Assembly: GCA_045563015.1 (NCBI GenBank)
Contig: JBJKUQ010000023.1
Span: 5,030 to 69,029, forward strand
Direction: 5' to 3'
Source of the DNA: Alphaproteobacteria bacterium
Lineage (GTDB): Bacteria; Pseudomonadota; Alphaproteobacteria; Methylaequorales; Methylaequoraceae
Length of the DNA: 64,000 nucleotides
Shown: positions 57,657 to 64,000 of the stretch, piece by piece
Layout of the letters: the number at the start of each line of letters is the position of its first letter
Position numbering within the stretch: the first letter of the stretch is position 1
Position numbers and translations under genes: made by a program
The notes under the pieces: generated by a model
Seen by the model: only the letters and a program-made list of their open reading frames with translations
Database searches by the model: none
What the model was told of the DNA's origin: nothing

Positions 57657-57668
57657 AATTAAAAAATA

Positions 57669-58475
57669 TCATTTTTTTTTTAAAAATTTCAAAAAATCTT
57701 TTATTTTTTTTAATAAGGTTGTTTTTGAAACTTTATTTGTTGAATAAGACTCAATTATTTTTATTAAAGCTGATCCAACTACACATCCATCAGAAAAGGT
57801 ATTTAATTGAGATATTTGTTTGTTACTATCTATACCAAAACCTACAAGTACGGGCAGATTAGTAATTCTTTTTATTTTCATTATAGATTTTTTTACTTCT
57901 TTTATACTCGGCTTCTTTGTACCTGTTATACCTAAAACTGAAACATAATATAAAAAACCTTTTGATACTGAAGATATTTTTTTGATTCTCTTTTTATCTG
58001 TAGTTGGTGTGATTAATCTGATGTTATGAATGTCAAATTTTTCTGTAAAATTTTCTATCAAGTAATCTTCTTCTGGTGGTAAATCAACAATAATTAAACC
58101 GTCAATACCTGCTCTTTTACCATGAGAAAAAAAATTGTTTAAACCATATTGAAAAATAGGGTTAAAATAACCCATTAATATAATAGGTGTTTGAAGGTCA
58201 TTTTCTCTAAATTTTGAAATAATTTTTAGAGTTTTATTAATATTTATTCCTGATTTTATTGCTCTTTGACTTGATTTTTGTATTGTTGGACCATCTGCCA
58301 TAGGATCTGAGAATGGCAGGCCTACTTCAATAATATCAGCGCCATGATGAGGTAATGAAAACAAGATTTGTTCAAAAATTTTTTCTGTTGGATCACCTGA
58401 AGTAATAAAGCATGCAAGGGCTTTTTTTTGTTTTTTTGATAGCTCAAAAAATTTTTGTTCAATTCTATTTTTCAT
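57669..58475 (-). CDS. trpA: tryptophan synthase alpha chain
   Basis: IEVGLPFSDPMADGPTIQ motif. Confidence 0.95.
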   Translation of the reverse strand: MKNRIEQKFFELSKKQKKALACFITSGDPTEKIFEQILFSLPHHGADIIEVGLPFSDPMADGPTIQKSSQRAIKSGININKTLKIISKFRENDLQTPIILMGYFNPIFQYGLNNFFSHGKRAGIDGLIIVDLPPEEDYLIENFTEKFDIHNIRLITPTTDKKRIKKISSVSKGFLYYVSVLGITGTKKPSIKEVKKSIMKIKRITNLPVLVGFGIDSNKQISQLNTFSDGCVVGSALIKIIESYSTNKVSKTTLLKKIKDFLKFLKKK

Positions 58476-58481
58476 TTTTAA

Positions 58482-59717
58482 TTAAAGCTTCACATCAAGA
58501 TATTTTGAAATCGCAAAAATGTCTTTATCTCCTCTGCCACACATATTCATTATTATTAATTTTTTATCTTTTAGTTTTTTTTTATTTTTTAGCAAATAAG
58601 CAAGTGCATGTGATGGTTCAAGTGCTGGAATTATTCCTTCAAGTTTACAACACAATTTAAAGGCTTTAAGTGCTTCTTGATCTGTTGAGCTAAAATATTG
58701 AACTCTACCATTTTCTTTTAACCAAGAATGTTCTGGACCAATTCCAGGGTAATCTAAACCAGCAGAAATTGAATGTGCATCTAAAATTTGTCCGTTTTTG
58801 TCTTGAAGTAAATAAGTATAATTGCCATGAAGAAATCCTGGTTTACCTTTTGATAATGATGCTGCGTGTTGTCCTGAAGTCACGCCTTTACCTGCAGCTT
58901 CAACACCTATGATTTCAATTTTTTCATCATTTAGAAAAGGATAGAATAAACCTAATGCATTTGAACCACCACCAATACATGCTACTAGTAAATCAGGCAA
59001 TTTATTTTCGGCCTTAAGAATTTGTTTTTTTGCTTCATATCCAATGATGGATTGGAAGTCCCTAACCATCATTGGATATGGATGAGGTCCTGCGACTGTA
59101 CCTATTACATAAAATGTATCAGATACATTTGATACCCAATCCCTGAGAGCCTCGTTCATTGCATCTTTAAGAGTGGCAGTACCAGATTTTACAGTTTTAA
59201 TTTCTGCACCTAGAAGTTTCATTTTAAAAACATTTGGTGATTGTCTTTTTATATCTTTTTCACCCATATATACGATACACTCTAGATTAAATAGTGCACA
59301 TACAGTCGCAGTGGCAAGTCCATGTTGTCCAGCACCAGTTTCTGCTACTATTCTTTTTTTCCCCATTCTCTTGGCTAATAGAATTTGTCCAATACAGTTA
59401 TTAATTTTATGAGCTCCTGTATGATTCAATTCATCTCTTTTGAAGTAGACTTTTGGACCGCCTATTATTTCAGACACACTTTTAGCAAAGTACAGGGGAC
59501 TTGGTCTACCAATATAGTTTTCAAAATAATAATTAAGTTCTTTTTTAAACGCTTTAGTTTTCTTTGCTATTTTATACTCTTGTTCAACTTCCAAAAGAAG
59601 TGGCATTAGAGTTTCTGCGACAAACCTACCTCCGAAATTACCAAATCTTCCAAATTTATCTGGAAATTTATGGTAATTTATTTTTTTAGACTTATTGGAA
59701 GTTACTTTCTTTAACAT
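58482..59717 (-). CDS. trpB: tryptophan synthase beta chain
   Basis: [20 protein letters not shown] (PLP lysine) and GGGSNA. Confidence 0.97.
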   Translation of the reverse strand: MLKKVTSNKSKKINYHKFPDKFGRFGNFGGRFVAETLMPLLLEVEQEYKIAKKTKAFKKELNYYFENYIGRPSPLYFAKSVSEIIGGPKVYFKRDELNHTGAHKINNCIGQILLAKRMGKKRIVAETGAGQHGLATATVCALFNLECIVYMGEKDIKRQSPNVFKMKLLGAEIKTVKSGTATLKDAMNEALRDWVSNVSDTFYVIGTVAGPHPYPMMVRDFQSIIGYEAKKQILKAENKLPDLLVACIGGGSNALGLFYPFLNDEKIEIIGVEAAGKGVTSGQHAASLSKGKPGFLHGNYTYLLQDKNGQILDAHSISAGLDYPGIGPEHSWLKENGRVQYFSSTDQEALKAFKLCCKLEGIIPALEPSHALAYLLKNKKKLKDKKLIIMNMCGRGDKDIFAISKYLDVKL

Positions 59718-60339
59718 ATTGAATTAGTTTCTTTATTTTTGTAGTACATTTAACACCTTTTTCTTTTTCTACACCACTTGAAATATCAATTATTTCTGCA
59801 CCTGTTTTTGTAATTGCATCCTTAACATTATCAATATTTAATCCTCCAGCAAGTATCCATTTTTTTTTACTTCTGAAGTTTTTCAACATTTCCCAATCAA
59901 ATGAAAGGCCACTACCTCCAAATACATTATTATCAGATACTTTTGTATCAAAAAGTAAAATATCGCAAACGTTTTCATATTTTTTTGATGACTGAATATC
60001 TGTTTCACTCGATACGTGAATTGCTTTAATAATTGGTTTACTTATAATCTGTCTGATTGATTTTATTGCATCTACAGATTCATTTCCATGAAGTTGGATC
60101 ATATCAAGCTTTACATAATCTGAGATATGTTTTATCAGGTTAATATCAGAGTTTACAAATAAACCAACCTTCTTTTGATTTTTTTCAAGACATTCACTTA
60201 ATTTTCTAGCTTCAAATGAAGTGACAAACCTTGATGATTTTTGATAAAATACAAAACCAATAAAATCAGCTCCCTTGGAAGCTTTTGCCGATTTGGTGTC
60301 ATTAATACCACAAATTTTAATTTTTAATTTTTTTCTCAT
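59692..60339 (-). CDS. trpF: phosphoribosylanthranilate isomerase
   Basis: KICGI start and QLHG motif. It lies upstream of trpBA. Confidence 0.9.
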   Translation of the reverse strand: MRKKLKIKICGINDTKSAKASKGADFIGFVFYQKSSRFVTSFEARKLSECLEKNQKKVGLFVNSDINLIKHISDYVKLDMIQLHGNESVDAIKSIRQIISKPIIKAIHVSSETDIQSSKKYENVCDILLFDTKVSDNNVFGGSGLSFDWEMLKNFRSKKKWILAGGLNIDNVKDAITKTGAEIIDISSGVEKEKGVKCTTKIKKLIQYVKESNFQ

Positions 60340-61018
60340 TATCGATATTTAAAAGAATTTGATTAATTGTTGATATTGGGTTTTCTGATTGTGTAATTGG
60401 TCTTCCAATAACTAGAATTGATGAACCAGATTTTATTGCAAAACCCGGAGTATTTACTCTTTTTTGGTCATCTGTACTTTGATTTGGTAATCTAATACCA
60501 GGTGTTACATATATTAGGTCACTAAAATTTAATTTTATATTTTTTATTTCAATTGGCGAGGCTACAACACCGTCAATCCCTGATTTCATTCCAATCCTAA
60601 CAAGGTTATTTACATAAGTTTGTTCATCTAAATTAATTCCAAATTCATTTAAGTCAGATTTATCAAGGCTCGTAAGCATTGTTACCCCTATGATTTTGGT
60701 TTTATTTTTAATTTCTTTTAGTTCATTAATCATTTTACTTCCCCCACTAATATGAACAGTTAAATATTCTGGTGACAAGTCCATTAAATTTCTTACTGTT
60801 GATTTTACTGTATTTGGGATATCGTGAAGTTTAAGGTCCAAAAAGATAGGTAGGTGAAATTTTTTAAGTTTTTCAATACCATTTGGCCCATATTTACAAA
60901 AAAATTCAAGGCCTAATTTAATTCCACCAACATGATCTTTAATAATATTTGTAAATTCAATTGTTTTTTTCAAATCGCTAAAATCTAAAGCACAAAATAT
61001 ATGTTTTTTTTGACTCAT
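60317..61018 (-). CDS. pyrF: orotidine 5'-phosphate decarboxylase
   Basis: ALDF...FLDLKLHDIPNT signature. Confidence 0.93.
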   Translation of the reverse strand: MSQKKHIFCALDFSDLKKTIEFTNIIKDHVGGIKLGLEFFCKYGPNGIEKLKKFHLPIFLDLKLHDIPNTVKSTVRNLMDLSPEYLTVHISGGSKMINELKEIKNKTKIIGVTMLTSLDKSDLNEFGINLDEQTYVNNLVRIGMKSGIDGVVASPIEIKNIKLNFSDLIYVTPGIRLPNQSTDDQKRVNTPGFAIKSGSSILVIGRPITQSENPISTINQILLNIDNEKKIKN

Positions 61019-61234
61019 TTAAAAAAATTTCTAAAAAATTTAAAAATTATACCAAGAAAAAAACCAAGGAAAAATATTAGAATTGAATAAATATAAAAAG
61101 GTGTTTCAAAAACAAATGGCATCGGAAAAAGGTTAATTTTTATTGTGTATTTGTTAGAAATAGAAAAAAGTACAAAAAAAATTAAAAAAAAAAAAAAAAA
61201 AAATAGTAAATAAATTTTTCAAATTATTTTTCAT
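61015..61234 (-). CDS. LapA-like (DUF1049) small inner-membrane protein, frame broken within a roughly 20-nt T-run
   Basis: MKNNLKNLFTI+polyPhe (ATG at 61234) is in one frame. LIFFVLFSISNKYTIKINLFPMPF...GFFLGIIFKFFR is in another and ends in a TGA that overlaps the pyrF ATG. The ihfB-lapA-pyrF order is conserved in proteobacteria. Confidence 0.55.
61184..61203. repeat. roughly 20-nt A/T homopolymer inside the lapA-like coding region
   Basis: Longest mononucleotide run I see in the window. On the coding (minus) strand it reads as poly-Phe. Confidence 0.85.
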
Positions 61235-61505
61235 TTACCAATTGTTTCATTTTTTTTCCAGGCTTGAAGTGGACAAAGAATTTTTTATCAATTTCAATTT
61301 TTTTACCTGTTGATGGGTTTCTCCCAACTCTAGCTTTTCTTAATCTGAGAGAAAAAGTTCCAAAATCTCTTATTTCAATTCTATTACCTTTTGAGAGATT
61401 AGATATAAAATATTGCAGTATTTTTTCCAAAGTTCTTTCAACTTCTCTTTTGGGCAGATAATCAAATTTTTTCTCTAGTTTTTCTTGTAAATCAGATTTT
61501 TTCAT
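61224..61505 (-). CDS. ihfB: integration host factor beta subunit
   Basis: HU/IHF fold: RIEIRDFGTFSLR.RKARVGRNPSTG. I place the start at MKKSDL, which gives an ATGA overlap with the sppA stop. Confidence 0.9.
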   Translation of the reverse strand: MKKSDLQEKLEKKFDYLPKREVERTLEKILQYFISNLSKGNRIEIRDFGTFSLRLRKARVGRNPSTGKKIEIDKKFFVHFKPGKKMKQLVNEK

Positions 61506-62395
61506 AGTCCGGGCATCCAAATAGCAAGTATACCACTATTTATATTTAAATTAAAAGTTTTAAAGGTTTTTTTTAACAAGCTTGTATTTAAAAAGTTTAA
61601 GAAATTTTCTTTATCGTTAAATTCAATAATTTCAATGTTTTCGTCAAGATTTCCCTCATTTTTAATCCAATTAATAGCGTCTCTTTCATTACCTATGAAG
61701 TCTACAAGATTAATTTTTTTTGCTTCTTCACCAGTAAATATCCTTCCATCCGAAATTAGTTCTATTGAAGTTTGATTCAAGTTTCTTCTTTCTTTTACTA
61801 AATTTACAAACTGATTTTGCATTTTATTAATGATGTTGTTCATATATTTTAGTTTTTCATCATTAATCTTCTCTAATGGATTTGGAACAGTTTTAAGTTC
61901 ACCACTTTTCACAATAACTGGTTCGATGCCTAAATTTTCAAGAAGAGATGTTAAATCTGCTGATTGAAGTATAACTCCTATGGAGCCAGTAATAGTTCCA
62001 TTATTAACAAAAATTTTTTCAGTCCCTAATGACGCTAAATAGGCTCCTGATGTTCCTACTTCTCTGATATATGTTGTTGCGGGCACTTTTTCAGAAATTT
62101 TTCTAAGAGAATCAAATATCTCTTTACTGCTTACAAAAGTGCCGCCAGGACTATTAGTAACTAAAAGAAGTCCTTTGAGATTTTTGTTTTCATAAATTTT
62201 ATCAAGTTTTTCTAAAACATCAAATCTATCACTTATGAGACCCTCAAGGTGAACTTTTGCAATAAAATCAGTATTTTTTTTATTATTATGAAAAGACCAA
62301 AATAATGAAGTGAGTAATAAGAAAAATATAAAGTATTTAAAAAGTAGAGATTTTCTTTTTTCAAAGTGATGAATTAAGAAATCATTTTTTTTCAT
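61502..62395 (-). CDS. sppA: signal peptide peptidase SppA, 36K type (S49)
   Basis: TM anchor, GGTFVSS, and the GSIGV serine nucleophile region. I place the start at MKKNDF. The longer track ORF runs into rpsA. Confidence 0.88.
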   Translation of the reverse strand: MKKNDFLIHHFEKRKSLLFKYFIFFLLLTSLFWSFHNNKKNTDFIAKVHLEGLISDRFDVLEKLDKIYENKNLKGLLLVTNSPGGTFVSSKEIFDSLRKISEKVPATTYIREVGTSGAYLASLGTEKIFVNNGTITGSIGVILQSADLTSLLENLGIEPVIVKSGELKTVPNPLEKINDEKLKYMNNIINKMQNQFVNLVKERRNLNQTSIELISDGRIFTGEEAKKINLVDFIGNERDAINWIKNEGNLDENIEIIEFNDKENFLNFLNTSLLKKTFKTFNLNINSGILAIWMPGL

Positions 62396-64000
62396 CTTTA
62401 GAATTATCAGTGGTTTTTTCTTTATCTTTATCCAAAGCAGCTCCAATAATATCACCAATACTTGCTCCAGAGGAGGACGAGCCATATTCTTTTAAGGCTG
62501 CTTTTTCTTCCTGAATCTCTAAGTCTTTAACAGAAAGTTCATACATATCATCCTTAGATGATTTTTTTATTACTTTAGCATCTATTTTTTCTTTTACGGC
62601 AAATCTATCTGTATTTTGCTCGGTTTTAAGTTTTGCTAGATTTGTCCTTTTAATGAACCCTTTTTTATTTTCTTCAAAAATCACTGTAATTTTATCTTTT
62701 TCAATTTTTTCAACAATGCCAGTAACTATTTTATTTATTGATTCATCTGATTTAGTTGGATTTTTTTCTAATTGCTTTATTCCAAGAGATACCCTTTCTT
62801 TCTCAAGGTCAATTTCTAATACTTTAAACTTTATTGCTTGATCTACCTTAAACTTTTTAATTTCATTTTCACCAGAATCATTCCAAGAAATGTCTGAAAG
62901 GTGGATAAGTCCATCAAGTTCTTCAGAAAGTTCAACAAAAATACCAAAATCTGTGATATTTTTAATTTTACCCTCAACAATATCTCCTTTACTATTTTTG
63001 CTTTCAAATTTTTTCCAAGGGTTTTCTGTGCATTGTTTTCTTCCAAGACTAATTCTTCTTTTTTCGTGATCTACTTCTAATATCATTACTTCAATATCAT
63101 CACCTACACTAACAAGATTATTAGGATGAACATTTTTATTTACCCATGACAATTCAGAATTGTGTATCAATCCCTCTACCCCCTTCTCAAGTTGAACAAA
63201 GGCTCCATAATCAGCTACATTTGAAATTTTTGATTTAATCTTTGAGCCAACTTTATAAACTTCGTCGACATTTTTCCAAGGATCGTCAGTTAATTGTTTC
63301 AAACCTAAGCTTATACGATTATTTTCTTTATCGTACTTTGTGACAATTACTTCAATGTCATCTCCAACGCTAAATTTTTCAGATGGATGATTTACTCTTT
63401 CCCATGACAAGTCTGTAACATGAATAAGTCCATCCATACCGCCAAGATCAACAAAAACTCCATAATCTGTTATGTTTTTTATAGTTCCTTTAAGTTTATC
63501 TCCCTCTGATATATCGGATAATAGTTTACTTCTATCTGCTTTTCTTGATTCTTCAAGTAATGCTCTTCTAGAAACCACAATATTACCTCTGAGTTTGTCC
63601 ATTTTTAGTATAACCATTGGTTGAGGCTTGTTTAATAGTGGTGAAATATCCTTGACAGGTTTAAGATCAACTTGACTTCCAGGAAGAAATGCTAACGCTC
63701 CATTTATATCTACTGCAAATCCACCCTTAACTCTCTCTGTAATTATACCAGTAACTTGTTGATTTGAGTCTTGAATTTTTTCAAGGTTATTCCAAGATTC
63801 TTCTTTTCTTGCTCTTTCTCTACTGAGAAGAGCTTCTCCCTCTTTATTTTCAAGTTTTTCTAGGTAAACATCATATTTTTCTCCAACTTCGATGTTATGA
63901 TTTTCACCTGGAGAATGGAATTCTTTTATTGGAATACGCCCTTCTGACTTAAGTCCAACATCAACTATTACCGTGTCTTTAGTAATCGACAATACTGTGC
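62382..64000 (-). CDS. rpsA: 30S ribosomal protein S1, N-terminus beyond the window edge
   Basis: Six S1 repeats (G.V..I..G.FV.L) with an acidic/lysine-rich C-terminus. The frame is still open at position 64000. Confidence 0.95.
   Translation of the reverse strand, partial: TVLSITKDTVIVDVGLKSEGRIPIKEFHSPGENHNIEVGEKYDVYLEKLENKEGEALLSRERARKEESWNNLEKIQDSNQQVTGIITERVKGGFAVDINGALAFLPGSQVDLKPVKDISPLLNKPQPMVILKMDKLRGNIVVSRRALLEESRKADRSKLLSDISEGDKLKGTIKNITDYGVFVDLGGMDGLIHVTDLSWERVNHPSEKFSVGDDIEVIVTKYDKENNRISLGLKQLTDDPWKNVDEVYKVGSKIKSKISNVADYGAFVQLEKGVEGLIHNSELSWVNKNVHPNNLVSVGDDIEVMILEVDHEKRRISLGRKQCTENPWKKFESKNSKGDIVEGKIKNITDFGIFVELSEELDGLIHLSDISWNDSGENEIKKFKVDQAIKFKVLEIDLEKERVSLGIKQLEKNPTKSDESINKIVTGIVEKIEKDKITVIFEENKKGFIKRTNLAKLKTEQNTDRFAVKEKIDAKVIKKSSKDDMYELSVKDLEIQEEKAALKEYGSSSSGASIGDIIGAALDKDKEKTTDNSKDEKK

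Noticed and set aside
1-64000. Search for CRISPR arrays, IS elements or transposases, toxin-antitoxin pairs, restriction-modification or other defence loci
   Set aside because: I saw no repeat-spacer periodicity, terminal inverted repeats, DDE/tyrosine/serine recombinase motifs, or paired small-ORF modules. Nearly every ORF of 60 aa or more on the coding strand is assignable to a housekeeping or conserved-hypothetical family.

Overview
This is a very AT-rich, extremely gene-dense chromosomal core segment with about 75 genes. Most spacers are under 50 nt, and many neighbouring genes share ATGA or TAATG stop/start overlaps. Some convergent and divergent gene pairs also overlap. Gene content and synteny indicate a streamlined free-living alphaproteobacterium. 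The diagnostic clusters are infB-rbfA-truB-rpsO-pnp; fpg...rpsT-dnaA; the short hprK with EIIA(Man) and HPr; tsaE-amgK-murU...trxA; and rpsA-sppA-ihfB-lapA-pyrF-trpFBA-accD-folC. A SAR11/Pelagibacterales-like origin is my inference, not something I could compute. I see one tRNA (Arg-UCG). I see no rRNA, CRISPR array, transposase, integrase or prophage genes, and I cannot point to a convincing self-contained novel defence or mobile system. The observations worth a second look are listed below.

1. At least five genes have a family-conserved terminus in a different reading frame from the gene body: dnaN, recF, coaBC, thiF/moeB and a lapA-like gene. A sixth hypothetical gene may be affected too. 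Every junction lies inside a mononucleotide run. This is either systematic homopolymer miscalling or real slippage-prone tracts.
2. Many housekeeping enzymes carry 12-17 nt poly(A) tracts that encode lysine runs.
3. A fur-family / rubrerythrin / CCG-type Fe-S oxidoreductase / DUF3501 cluster of unknown function is present.
4. A type-II NADH dehydrogenase is fused to a cyclic-nucleotide-binding domain.
5. A permease-less regulatory PTS cluster (hprK-rapZ-EIIA) ends in an HPr-Enzyme I fusion.
6. An Rrf2-cysK-thiF operon is present.
7. A degenerate siroheme-like gene pair flanks an ankyrin-repeat gene.
8. Exonuclease I occupies the slot where alphaproteobacteria usually carry addAB.

All calls come from reading the translations and sequence by eye. 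No database search was run.
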